Assembly: GCF_041688325.1 (NCBI RefSeq) | Contig: NZ_JBDNIJ010000042.1 | Span: 4,003-68,002, forward strand | Direction of reading: 5' to 3' | Origin: Ilumatobacter sp. | Lineage (GTDB): Bacteria > Actinomycetota > Acidimicrobiia > Acidimicrobiales > Ilumatobacteraceae | Length of the DNA: 64,000 nt | Shown: piece by piece, positions 10,023 through 20,936 of the stretch | Layout: each line of letters opens with the position of its first letter | Position numbering within the stretch: the stretch's first letter is position 1 | Notes under the pieces: model-generated | What the model was told of the DNA's origin: nothing | The model's database searches: none | What the model saw: the letters and a program-made list of their open reading frames with translations, nothing else | Made by a program: the position numbers and the translations under genes

Positions 10023-12302
10023 ATGAAGGGGCACACTGACAACATGGCTGCTGACAAGCGTGCAACCAGGCTTGGCGTTCTCGCTGTCGTGGGCACTCTG
10101 CTCTTCTCGCTCGTCGGCGCTCGCCTCTGGTTCTTGCAGACGGTTGAAGCGGAATCGCTGCAGCAGGAAGTCGACATCACCAAGGTACGTACAAAGCCAT
10201 TAATTCCGGAACGCGGCCGCATCTTTGATGCCGACGGCCGCATCGTTGCCGACAACCAACGCTCGCTCTCGGTCGCGGTCGACTGGGAACTACTGCGCCG
10301 CGACAGCCAGCGTGAGGAAATTTTCCGACGTCTGTCGGGCTGGGTCGATGTGCCAGTCGAAGAGATGGAAGATCGCTTCCAACGCGGCATTTTCGACACG
10401 CTGTTGCCGATGCCCGTGGCGGAAGACATCGACGAGCGCACAGCGATTGCTATCCAAGAGCGCGTGGAAGACCTGCCGGGCGTCACGATCATCGAAGACT
10501 CCCAGCGGGTGTATCCGTACGCCCCGTTGGCGAGCCATGTCGTTGGATACATGGGCGCTATTACGGCCGAGACGAAAGACCAGTACACGAGCAACGGCTA
10601 CTCGCTGAATGAGCGCGTCGGGCAGTTCGGCGTCGAACTGAGTATGGAGCAAGAGCTCCACGGCGAGTGGGGCTACATCAAGTTTGAGGTCGACAACCGA
10701 AACCGCATCGTGAACGTGATCGAAGAAGTGCCGCCGATCAACGGGCGAGACATTCAGCTGACGATCGACCTCGATCAACAGCAGTACGCCGAGCAGGTGC
10801 TCGAAACGCAGCTTCGACTTCGGCAGCAGGCAGTTGCCAAGAATCCCCTCGACAGGGACACGAACTTCACAACCCGTGCGTTCTACGAGATCAACGCTGA
10901 AACCGGCGAGAAGGACTATTACCCGGAAGAGGTGCCGTTCAAAGCGCCGGCCGGAGCGGTGGTAGTGCAGAACCACGAGAACGGGCACGTCATTGCAATG
11001 GCGTCGTATCCGACGTTCGACAACCGGTGGTTCGAATCCGACCTCAGTGGTGGCAAGTTCGGAGAGATCTTTGACGCGACCGACTTGGAAGCCGTCGAGT
11101 ACGACCCGGTGACGGGTGAGGCGATTCCTGACACGATCAAGACCGACCCCGACCGTTCCACGTTGGTCAACCGCGCAATCCAGGGTCGCTACAACCTCGG
11201 TTCCACGTTTAAGCCATTCACCGCGTATGCCGGGCTGAGCACCGGGCTCCTCACCACGACCGAAACCTACGAAGACACGGGCACCTACAAGATGGTGTCA
11301 GTCGACAGGGACAAATGTGAGTCAGGCCTCGTCCGCTGTGTCTACAAGAACGCCAACTGCCCATTCGGTGGGCCTTGCGTGTACGGCACCGTCGACGTGG
11401 AGACAGCGCTTGCCGTGTCGAGCGATGCGTTCTTTTACCGGATCGGCGAGCTGATCATGGAAGAGAATGTGCAGAAGGATTTGCTCCAGCAGGAGGTCCG
11501 TCTGTTCGGCTTCGGTTCCGACACCGGCATCGACCTTCCCTTCGAATTCGACGGCACTGTTCCGGACCGGGAGCTCAAGGAGCGCTACGCCGCTAACAAA
11601 GTGATCAGCAAGGACGAGGGCACTGGTTACTTCACGGGCGATAATGTTCAGCTCGCTATCGGTCAGGGTCTGTTGTCGGCGTCGCCCCTTCAGCTCGCTG
11701 TTGGTTACGGCACCATTGCGAACTCCGGGTTTGTGATGAAGCCGGAGATCATTAAGGCCGTGTTCGAAGCCGGTGTTCCTGACTCCGATCGGCAGGGATA
11801 TGCCGACATCTCGAAGGCTCGCTTCGCCGAAGAGCCGAACGTGGACGGCGAAGTCGTTCGGCAGATCCCGATGCCTGCAGAGATCCGCGACGCGATCAGC
11901 TCAGGATTACGTCGAGTCATCACCGGGCCAGGCCACTTCAGCGACTACCTCCACAGCACCACCGGCCAAAGGCTGTTCTTCGACTACCCGGCGTCGGCTA
12001 TCCCGATTGCCGGCAAAACCGGCACAGCGCAGGGCCGCAACAACTTACCGTGGAACGACTCGTCGGCCTTCGCCGCCTACAGTATCGACCCCGAGCAGCC
12101 GTACACCGTTGCCGCGTACCTCGAAAAGAGCGGCTACGGCGCGACCGCAGCTGGCCCGGTTGTCAAATGTATTTTCCTCCAGCTCTCGGGAATTGCGCCG
12201 ACTGATCCGGTGACGATCTCAGAGCTGCTCGATACCAATTCGATCTTCCCGGCAGCACCGAAGAACCTCAAAGACACCAGCTGCTTCTCCCGTCGTGGCT
12301 GA
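10023..12302 (+). CDS. mrdA: penicillin-binding protein 2 (elongation-specific transpeptidase)
   Basis: 759 aa. N-terminal TM anchor, SxxK motif in LGSTFKP, KTG motif in AGKTGTAQ. Located between mreD and rodA. Confidence 0.9.
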   Translation: MKGHTDNMAADKRATRLGVLAVVGTLLFSLVGARLWFLQTVEAESLQQEVDITKVRTKPLIPERGRIFDADGRIVADNQRSLSVAVDWELLRRDSQREEIFRRLSGWVDVPVEEMEDRFQRGIFDTLLPMPVAEDIDERTAIAIQERVEDLPGVTIIEDSQRVYPYAPLASHVVGYMGAITAETKDQYTSNGYSLNERVGQFGVELSMEQELHGEWGYIKFEVDNRNRIVNVIEEVPPINGRDIQLTIDLDQQQYAEQVLETQLRLRQQAVAKNPLDRDTNFTTRAFYEINAETGEKDYYPEEVPFKAPAGAVVVQNHENGHVIAMASYPTFDNRWFESDLSGGKFGEIFDATDLEAVEYDPVTGEAIPDTIKTDPDRSTLVNRAIQGRYNLGSTFKPFTAYAGLSTGLLTTTETYEDTGTYKMVSVDRDKCESGLVRCVYKNANCPFGGPCVYGTVDVETALAVSSDAFFYRIGELIMEENVQKDLLQQEVRLFGFGSDTGIDLPFEFDGTVPDRELKERYAANKVISKDEGTGYFTGDNVQLAIGQGLLSASPLQLAVGYGTIANSGFVMKPEIIKAVFEAGVPDSDRQGYADISKARFAEEPNVDGEVVRQIPMPAEIRDAISSGLRRVITGPGHFSDYLHSTTGQRLFFDYPASAIPIAGKTGTAQGRNNLPWNDSSAFAAYSIDPEQPYTVAAYLEKSGYGATAAGPVVKCIFLQLSGIAPTDPVTISELLDTNSIFPAAPKNLKDTSCFSRRG

Positions 12303-12323
12303 TCAGGCAGACTGGTCGTACTG

Positions 12324-13478
12324 ATGGCCACTTCTTTTCTCTCCCGCAAGCCCGACTCGAGGCTTGGCAACATCAGTGCGAGCCCGGCTGATCCCAGTCG
12401 CAACATCGATTGGGTGTTGATGACGGTGCAGATCGTGTTGACGATCATGGGTGGCTTCATCGTCTTCTCGGCATCGAGGACGCGCCTCGTTGGCGATCCG
12501 TATGCGTTTGTGACTCGACAGGTCATCTTCGCGTTCGTCGCCGCGGTCGTGATGTTCGTCGTGATGGCGTTCGACTACGAAGTCTGGAAGGAACGCGCGA
12601 GGTTCTTGTATGGCCTCACATTGGTCGTGCTGGTCTTGCTGATCTTGCTCGGCATCGCGAGCGGTGAAGACCGCATCTCATTCGATCTCGGCCCGTTCAA
12701 CGTCCAGCCAGCTGAGCTCGCCAAGTTCACCACGCTGCTGATGCTGGCGGTCTACCTCGCTGATGAACGTAGCGACGAGGTGTCGTATCCACGATTCCTT
12801 GGTGGTTTGCTGATCGTTGGCGCACCAGCTGTGCTGATCGTGATCCAGCCCGACCTGGGATCAGCTTCGGTGATCATTTCTCTCGCGATGGGAGTGCTGC
12901 TCGTTGCAGGAGCCAAGGCCCGATACATCGCGATGATCAGCATCTTGTCTGTTGCGACCGTCGCTGCAGCGTTCTTCGGGCAGCTCGTCAACGACTACCA
13001 ATCGGCACGAATCCGGGCGCTGATCAACCCCGCAGCTGCCGGTGCTGATGAGACGTATCAGGCTGAGAATGCGATGCGCGCCATCGGTACCGGCGGGGTG
13101 TGGGGCAAGGGTTGGCTGCAGGGGCCGCTGACGAACGGGCGCGACATCCCCGTCATGTGGGCCGACTTCCCGTTCGCTGCAGTCGGTGAACAGTTCGGCC
13201 TCGTCGGCTGTACCGCGATTCTCGGCCTCCTTGGGGTTGCTCTGATCCGTGTGTGGCGAATTGCCCACCTCTCACGCGACCTGCTCGGCACCTACATCTG
13301 CGCTGGCGTGTTCACGATGCTGCTCTGGCAGATCTTCCAGAATGTGGGGATGACGTTGCGGATCATGCCGGTCACCGGTCTGCCGCTCCCGTTTATCTCC
13401 TATGGTGGCTCTGGTTTGATTGTCTACTTCGCAATGTTCGGCCTGGTACAAAGCGTGCACATGCGCAGGATGCGCTGA
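12324..13478 (+). CDS. rodA: SEDS family peptidoglycan polymerase RodA
   Basis: 384-aa polytopic FtsW/RodA/SpoVE-like protein with C-terminal LPLPFISYGGS motif, directly after PBP2. Confidence 0.9.
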   Translation: MATSFLSRKPDSRLGNISASPADPSRNIDWVLMTVQIVLTIMGGFIVFSASRTRLVGDPYAFVTRQVIFAFVAAVVMFVVMAFDYEVWKERARFLYGLTLVVLVLLILLGIASGEDRISFDLGPFNVQPAELAKFTTLLMLAVYLADERSDEVSYPRFLGGLLIVGAPAVLIVIQPDLGSASVIISLAMGVLLVAGAKARYIAMISILSVATVAAAFFGQLVNDYQSARIRALINPAAAGADETYQAENAMRAIGTGGVWGKGWLQGPLTNGRDIPVMWADFPFAAVGEQFGLVGCTAILGLLGVALIRVWRIAHLSRDLLGTYICAGVFTMLLWQIFQNVGMTLRIMPVTGLPLPFISYGGSGLIVYFAMFGLVQSVHMRRMR

Positions 13479-13871
13479 GCGGAGCTCATCGCCGACGCCT
13501 GACGGCGCCACCCGGCTGACGCCCAGATCCTGCTTTTCTCGGGCTGACGCCCGAGCTTGCTCCTGCGTCGCTGCGGTGGGGCGGAGTCGTGGTCATCCGT
13601 TTGCTGGCCCTCCCGGTCCTCCTGCACCTCCTCCTCCTGCTGGCCCTCCCGCTCACGGCCCTCGGGCTCCGGTAGATTGGACCGATGGCCGTAGCTGATC
13701 CGACTCTGTGGGTGTTTTTTGCCCTGGTGGTCGGGGCAACGGCGCAGACCTTGCAGCATGTGCTGCGATCACACCCATCGAACGACGATGGCGGTGTCCG
13801 GCGCGATCACTCGCTGCTCGACCCCGTCCCGGAAGGCGCCGCGGCGCACTTCCGCAGAAGGGATTTCTCCA

Positions 13872-15737
<1,866 letters not shown>

Positions 15738-15818
15738 GCCCTCGTGAGGGAGCGCAGGATGGGCAGTCGGATTCCTCAGGAGGTGTCACAGTGATTGGGG
15801 CTGTGCAATGCTGGCCCC

Positions 15819-16133
15819 ATGAAGATTCAGATCACCGAGGATGCCCGCAAGGTGTTGGCGAAAAAGGGCGGAACGATGTCGATCGACTTCATCCGCCCCA
15901 CCGGTTGAGGCAAGGTTGCAGAGGTGTCGGTCGACACCAACGTCAAGAATAAAAACCTCGCTCCGTACCGCAAGCTACGCCACCAGGAGTTTCGGATTCT
16001 GATCACCCCGCAGCTCATTGGTATGGCCGAGCAGATGCGGATTGTCACCAAGGGCAAGCTGACGAAGTCATTGTCGATTGAGTTTCAGGCGAAGCCTGGC
16101 GGCGGCGGCGACGACGCTGCCTGTTGCATCTGA
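15819..16133 (+). CDS. candidate selenoprotein, HesB/IscA-like small protein; in-frame TGA at 15906-15908 read as Sec
   Basis: ATG 15819 opens a frame with about 86% third-position GC. That frame reaches TGA after FIRPTG and continues with no further stop into the track ORF 15924..16133. A SECIS-like hairpin lies just downstream. The read-through product is 104 aa and ends in AACCI. TTG 15795, 12 nt after AGGAGG, is an alternative start. Confidence 0.55.
15915..15941 (+). promoter_or_regulatory. SECIS-like recoding hairpin
   Basis: GGUUGCAGA-GGUGUC-GGUC-GACACC-AAC. Six-bp upper stem 15923-15928/15933-15938, apical tetraloop GGUC at 15929-15932, possible lower stem GUU/AAC with a 5' bulge. 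The loop lies +24..+27 from the U of UGA. Confidence 0.5.
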
Positions 16134-16163
16134 GCAGATTCGAAAAGCGTAGAGTCAGCGCCC

Positions 16164-17438
16164 ATGGCTGATCTGCTTGCGCTCTCCAATGATGTCATCG
16201 ACAACGGGCTGACCGACCGTCCATTCAACCGAATCAACAACGAGCTCTCCGAAATCGCTGATGGCCTCGCCATTGTCGAGAGCTTTAGCCACAGCATCGT
16301 TGCCGACACCGGTGAAGGGCTCGTGGCCTTCGATGCCTCGCATGTCCAGACAGGCCAGAAGATCGTTGAGGCAATCAAGGGGTGGACCAGCGACCCGGTC
16401 ACCCACATCGTGTACACCCACGGACATGCTGATCATGTCGGTGGCAGCGTTGCCTTCGACGCCGCCTACGACGACATCACCGTGGTCGGTCACCGCAACG
16501 TCGACATTCGATTCGACCGATACGCCGCGACGAACGATTGGAACGTCCAGATTAACGCCCGCCAGTTCGGGGGTGTCTCCGGCGATTACGGGATGGGAGA
16601 GTTGCCCGAGTTCATCCCGTCGAACACCCATCGGCCCGACCACATCGTCGACGATCACGACGTCCTCGAGATCGGTAACAGGACCATCGAGCTGCACCAT
16701 GCACGCGGCGAGACCGACGATCACCTCTGGGGATGGTTTCCCGAAGAGAAGTGGATCACGTCAGGTGACTTCTTCATCTGGAACTTCCCGAACGCCGGAA
16801 ATCCGCAAAAGGTCCAGCGCTACCCGATCGAGTGGGCTGCAGCGCTCCGCAAGATGATTGCGAAGGAACCAGAACTGCTGCTCCCAGCGCACGGGCTGCC
16901 GATCGAAGGCAAGGACCGAATCGCCCGCGTGCTCGATGACGTTGCTACGTCCTTGGAACTCATCGTACGCGAGGTGCTCGACATGATGAACGCCGGTGAG
17001 GTCCTCGACACGATTGTGCATTCAGTCACTGTGCCCGAAGATTTGCTCGGCAAGCCCTACCTCCGGCCGCTCTATGACGAGCCAGAATTCGTCGTACGCG
17101 GTGTCTGGAGGCAGTTCGGAGGGTGGTGGGACGGTGCCCCGAGCCGGCTCAAGCCATCTCCTGATGCGGCGCTTGCGACCGAACTGGCATCCCTCGCCGG
17201 TGGCGTCAACGTGTTGATCGCTCGCGCTCGGACTGTTGCTGACCAGGGAGATCATCGACTGGCCTGCCATTTGGCCGATTTGGCCGGATGGGCTGCACCG
17301 GCCGACCGTGGCATTCACCGAGAGCGGGCGCTCATTTATCGAGGCCGACGAAAGCAGGAAACGTCGCTGATGGCCAAGGGGATCTTCGCGGGTGCCGCAC
17401 GCGAATCGGAGCAGATTGCTGATTCGGATCCGGACTGA
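16164..17438 (+). CDS. MBL-fold metallo-hydrolase, alkyl/aryl-sulfatase-like
   Basis: 424 aa. HxHxDH motif in YTHGHADHVGG. C-terminal segment RPLYDEPEFVVRGVWRQFGGWWDG resembles the alkyl-sulfatase dimerisation domain. No SCP2-like tail. Confidence 0.7.
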   Translation: MADLLALSNDVIDNGLTDRPFNRINNELSEIADGLAIVESFSHSIVADTGEGLVAFDASHVQTGQKIVEAIKGWTSDPVTHIVYTHGHADHVGGSVAFDAAYDDITVVGHRNVDIRFDRYAATNDWNVQINARQFGGVSGDYGMGELPEFIPSNTHRPDHIVDDHDVLEIGNRTIELHHARGETDDHLWGWFPEEKWITSGDFFIWNFPNAGNPQKVQRYPIEWAAALRKMIAKEPELLLPAHGLPIEGKDRIARVLDDVATSLELIVREVLDMMNAGEVLDTIVHSVTVPEDLLGKPYLRPLYDEPEFVVRGVWRQFGGWWDGAPSRLKPSPDAALATELASLAGGVNVLIARARTVADQGDHRLACHLADLAGWAAPADRGIHRERALIYRGRRKQETSLMAKGIFAGAARESEQIADSDPD

Positions 17439-17504
17439 AGCTGCCCGAAGCCTCAACGTGGCGGGAGCATTTGCGGCAATGGGCCGTTAGTATCGACAAT
17501 CGCT

Positions 17505-17819
17505 ATGTACGCAGTAATCGCCTCAGGCGGCAAGCAGGAAAAAGTGGCTGAAGGCCAGCGAGTGCAGCTCGAACTGCTCGGCGCAGACGAAGGTAGCGAC
17601 GTGTCGCTCACCCCCGTCATGCTCGTCGACGGCGACACTGTGCTTGCAACGGCCGACGAGCTCGTAGGAGCTTCAGTCACCGGCAAGATCGTCGGCCGCG
17701 CAGCGGGTCCGAAGATCAACGGCTTCACCTTCAAACGCCGCACCAATAACCATCGTCGTTACGGCCATCGTCAAAAGTATGACGTGGTCGAAATTACGTC
17801 CATCAAATTCCCCAACTAA
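17505..17819 (+). CDS. rplU: 50S ribosomal protein L21
   Basis: MYAVIASGGKQEKVAEGQRV N-terminus, 104 aa. Confidence 0.97.
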   Translation: MYAVIASGGKQEKVAEGQRVQLELLGADEGSDVSLTPVMLVDGDTVLATADELVGASVTGKIVGRAAGPKINGFTFKRRTNNHRRYGHRQKYDVVEITSIKFPN

Positions 17820-17834
17820 AAGGGCGCTGATCTC

Positions 17835-18089
17835 ATGTCAAAGACAAAGGGCGGCGGTTCAACCCGCAACGGCCGTGACTCCAACGCACAACGCCTCGGC
17901 GTGAAGGTCTTCGGTGGCGAAGATATTCGCACCGGAGCCATCATTGTTCGCCAACGTGGAACCCGTTTCCACCCCGGCAACAACGTCGGTAAGGCCAAGG
18001 ACGATTCACTGTTCGCACTCGCTGACGGCGTCGTGCAGTTCGGTAACTACCGAGGCCGCAAGGCTGTTTCGGTCGTCTCCGGCAACTGA
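17835..18089 (+). CDS. rpmA: 50S ribosomal protein L27
   Basis: [28 protein letters not shown], 84 aa. Confidence 0.97.
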   Translation: MSKTKGGGSTRNGRDSNAQRLGVKVFGGEDIRTGAIIVRQRGTRFHPGNNVGKAKDDSLFALADGVVQFGNYRGRKAVSVVSGN

Positions 18090-18110
18090 TCGCAATTCGA
18101 ACTGATTGGA

Positions 18111-18143
18111 GGCCGGGCCGCAAGGCCCGGCCTTTGTCGTTTT
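18111..18143 (+). terminator. rho-independent terminator of rplU-rpmA
   Basis: GGCCGGGCC-GCAA-GGCCCGGCC followed by TTTGTCGTTTT. Confidence 0.8.
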
Positions 18144-18155
18144 CAGCTCAACGCG

Positions 18156-18202
18156 AAACGGCCCGGTCACACTGTGCCAGGCACAGTGTGACCGGGCCGT
18201 TT
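18156..18202. repeat. REP-like palindromic element, copy 1 (23-bp perfect arms)
   Basis: AAACGGCCCGGTCACACTGTGCC-A-GGCACAGTGTGACCGGGCCGTTT, between the convergent stops of rpmA and pckG. The core recurs at 24873 and 30805. Confidence 0.85.
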
Positions 18203-18208
18203 GTGTGG

Positions 18209-19996
18209 CTAGAGAGCTGCTTCGAGCTGGTCGACGGCAGCGTTCAATTCGGCGGGAAGTCGGTCGCCGAAACGGTCGAAGTGCTCGCGGATCTGGGGTA
18301 CAGCGCCCTTCCAGCCTTCGATGTCGACGGCGAGCAGAGTGTCGAGATCAGCCTGATCGATGTCGAGACCTGACAGGTCGAGCTGATCGGGAACGGGGAG
18401 CTTGCCGATCGGTGAGTCGATGGCATCGACGGTGCCGTCGACGCGCTCGAAGACCCACTTGAGCACCCGGCTGTTCTCACCGAATCCGGGCCACAGGAAG
18501 CGACCGTCCTCGTCGCGACGGAACCAGTTGACGAAGAAGATCTTTGGCAGGTTCGCGACGTCGGTGCGATCCTTCATTGAGAGCCAGTGCGCGAAGTAAT
18601 CGCCGTAGTTGTAGCCACAGAACGGCAGCATGGCCATCGGGTCGAAGCGAAGCTCGCCCTGGACTCCTTCAGCCGCAGCGGTCTTCTCCGACGCCATGAT
18701 CGAACCGAGGAACACGCCGTGATCCCAGTCGTTGGCCTCGGTCACCAGCGGCACCGTGGTACGGCGGCGGCCGCCGAAGAGAATTGCAGAGATCGGCACG
18801 CCAGCCGGATCTTCCCACTCGGCTGCTGCGGACGGGCACTGCGATGCAGGCGCGGTGAAGCGAGCGTTCGGATGCGCAGCAGGCGTCTTGACTTCGGGGT
18901 TCCAGGGGTTGCCACGCCAGTCAGTGGCGCGTGCCGGGGGAACGTCGGTCATCTCTTCCCACCAGATATCACCGTCGTCGGTGAGCGCGGTGTTGGTGTA
19001 AATGCAGTTACCCCAGAGTGTCTCCATGGCGTTGCGGTTTGTCGCATTGCTGGTCCCGGGTGCGACGCCGAAGAAGCCGGCTTCGGGGTTGATGGCATAG
19101 AGACGGCCGTCGTCGCCGATCTTCATCCAACAGATGTCGTCGCCGATGGTCTCGGCCTTCCAGCCGGGGATCGTCGGGACGAGCATTGCCAGGTTGGTCT
19201 TTCCGCAGGCCGACGGGAAGGCGGCTGCGATGTACTTCGACTCACCCTGTGGGTTGGTGAGTTTCAGGATCAGCATGTGCTCGGCGAGCCAGCCGTCGTC
19301 ACGTGCCATGACTGAAGCAATGCGGAGTGCAAAACACTTCTTGCCGAGCAGCGCATTGCCGCCGTAGCCGGAGCCGTACGACATGATCTCGCGGGTGTCG
19401 GGGAAGTGGACGATGTACTTGTTCTCGGCATCGCAGGGCCACGGGACGTCAGCCTGGCCATCAGCAAGCGGGGCGCCAACGGAGTGGAGGCAGGGCACCC
19501 ACTGGTCGTCGCCGAGCGCGTCGAGGGCACCTTGGCCCATGCGCGTCATAATGCGCATGTTCGTGGCGACATAGGCAGAGTCGGACAGCTGCACGCCAAT
19601 GTGTGCGATCGGCGAACCGAGCGGGCCCATGGAGAACGGCACGACGTACATCGTGCGGCCCTTCATGCAGCCGGTGTAGAGGCTGCGCATCTCGGCACGC
19701 ATTTCAGCCGGATCACGCCAGTTGTTGTTGGGGCCAGCTTCGATCTCGGTGGCCGAGCAGATAAACGTGCGGTCTTCGACACGTGCGACGTCGCCGGGAT
19801 CAGAGTGTGCCCAGTAACTGTTCGGGCGCTTCGCCTCGTCGAGCTTGGTGAACGTTCCGCTGTCGACCAACTCCTGGCAGAAGCGCTCGTATTCGTCGGC
19901 GGAACCGTCGCACCAATAGATGTCGGCGGGCTGCATGACGGCGGCCCACTCGGCCACCCAGTCCTTGAGACGTTGGTTGTTAGTGGTTCCACTCAT
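18209..19996 (-). CDS. pckG: phosphoenolpyruvate carboxykinase (GTP)
   Basis: P-loop [15 protein letters not shown] and overall GTP-PEPCK sequence. ATG 19996 is preceded by GGGGAG. The track ORF extends to 20077. Confidence 0.95.
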   Translation of the reverse strand: MSGTTNNQRLKDWVAEWAAVMQPADIYWCDGSADEYERFCQELVDSGTFTKLDEAKRPNSYWAHSDPGDVARVEDRTFICSATEIEAGPNNNWRDPAEMRAEMRSLYTGCMKGRTMYVVPFSMGPLGSPIAHIGVQLSDSAYVATNMRIMTRMGQGALDALGDDQWVPCLHSVGAPLADGQADVPWPCDAENKYIVHFPDTREIMSYGSGYGGNALLGKKCFALRIASVMARDDGWLAEHMLILKLTNPQGESKYIAAAFPSACGKTNLAMLVPTIPGWKAETIGDDICWMKIGDDGRLYAINPEAGFFGVAPGTSNATNRNAMETLWGNCIYTNTALTDDGDIWWEEMTDVPPARATDWRGNPWNPEVKTPAAHPNARFTAPASQCPSAAAEWEDPAGVPISAILFGGRRRTTVPLVTEANDWDHGVFLGSIMASEKTAAAEGVQGELRFDPMAMLPFCGYNYGDYFAHWLSMKDRTDVANLPKIFFVNWFRRDEDGRFLWPGFGENSRVLKWVFERVDGTVDAIDSPIGKLPVPDQLDLSGLDIDQADLDTLLAVDIEGWKGAVPQIREHFDRFGDRLPAELNAAVDQLEAAL

Positions 19997-20329
19997 TCGT
20001 TGCTCCCCAATCAGGCGGCGCTCGTGTTCGAAAGTGTTCGAAACTGACGATAGGCGAAGAGGTGGCCCCGAAGGCAATGGGCGGCGTGGTTAGAGCGCAC
20101 TATCTGATGTGCGAATACCTCATCACGAAAAGCGATATGGGCTTGACAGCAGATCACCAGGACAGATCAGTGGCGCGCCGTCGTCCGATCAACTCACGAA
20201 CGTTGCGTGAGCGGTTGCTCGCCCGGACTCATCACACCGAGCGACGAGCTCACGGTGGTTGGATTGTTGCGTGAGGTGCGGATGGGCCGCATTGCCTCAG
20301 CAGTGGTCGAGTAGTGGTCGAGTAGCGAT

Positions 20330-20551
20330 TCAGTGGCCGGGAGTCTTCATGTCGACCTCGGAGCCGAGGCTGAGCTTGGTAGCTCGGCCGGCATCATCGA
20401 GTTCGAAAATCACTCGCTGGCCTTGACGCACCATGCGAAAAATGGACCCGGCCAGCGCGTTGCCAGCAAGCTCGTAATCATTGAAGTCGGTGTCGCACAT
20501 GACGAGACCGTCTCCGGTTGTCGGGTCGTATGCCTTAATGACGCCCTGCAT
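20330..20551 (-). CDS. hypothetical small protein co-oriented with rpmB
   Basis: 73-aa ORF 22 nt downstream of rpmB with good coding statistics. No family recognised. Confidence 0.5.
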   Translation of the reverse strand: MQGVIKAYDPTTGDGLVMCDTDFNDYELAGNALAGSIFRMVRQGQRVIFELDDAGRATKLSLGSEVDMKTPGH

Positions 20552-20573
20552 GAGATCAACCGAAGGCTCGGCC

Positions 20574-20765
20574 TCAGCCGGCCTTGACGATCTTGCCGGA
20601 CTTAATGCAGCCGGTGCAGACGTTCAGACGCTTGGTCGAACCGTTGACCCGAGCACGGACGCGCTGAATGTTCGGATTCCAGCGTCGCTTCGTACGACGG
20701 TGCGAGTGCGAAACAGCCATGCCCCATGACGGGCCCTTGCCACACGATTCACACTTAGATGCCAT
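20574..20765 (-). CDS. rpmB: 50S ribosomal protein L28
   Basis: MASKCESCGKGPSWGMAVSHSHRRTKRRWNPNIQRVR, 63 aa. Confidence 0.95.
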   Translation of the reverse strand: MASKCESCGKGPSWGMAVSHSHRRTKRRWNPNIQRVRARVNGSTKRLNVCTGCIKSGKIVKAG

Positions 20766-20936
20766 TGGATTCTCCTGCGACGATTCGCTTCAAGTCAGAT
20801 TTGTTCAGAGCACGCTGGTGCCTGAAACAGCCATGTGATGCTACCAACACAACTGCAGACCGCAACTTGCTCAGAAGCTTCGGTTCGCTCAAGGCCATGT
20901 GCCACACAACCCCTAAGCTCTTGCGCCGTGCCAACA

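Noticed and set aside
13590-13660. The C-rich block as a 6C-type actinobacterial sRNA.
   Set aside because: I could not draw the two C-loop hairpins that define 6C RNA. The C-runs are not flanked by complementary stems.
13719-13871. The upstream start for RNase E given in the ORF track.
   Set aside because: The first about 50 residues (MPWWSGQRRRPCSMCCDHTHRTTMAVSG...) look non-coding. ATG 13872 with an upstream AAGGGA gives a typical acidic/basic disordered N-terminus.
15791-15952. A 53-codon ORF from GTG 15791, at ideal 8-nt spacing from the AGGAGG, as an alternative to the Sec-candidate frame.
   Set aside because: Its third-position GC is low and its peptide is His/Arg/Gly/Cys-rich and looks non-coding. 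The ATG 15819 frame has strong coding bias on both sides of the TGA.
20078-20329. Recurrent TGCGTGAG / CTCACG words and two imperfect inverted repeats (20193-20211, 20248-20274) upstream of pckG, which resemble the repeat word in the folC-ndk spacer.
   Set aside because: The shared word is only 7-9 nt and also occurs inside several coding regions (as VRE codons), so the cross-locus link is not statistically convincing by eye. The tandem AGTGGTCGAGT x2 at 20303-20324 is too short to interpret.
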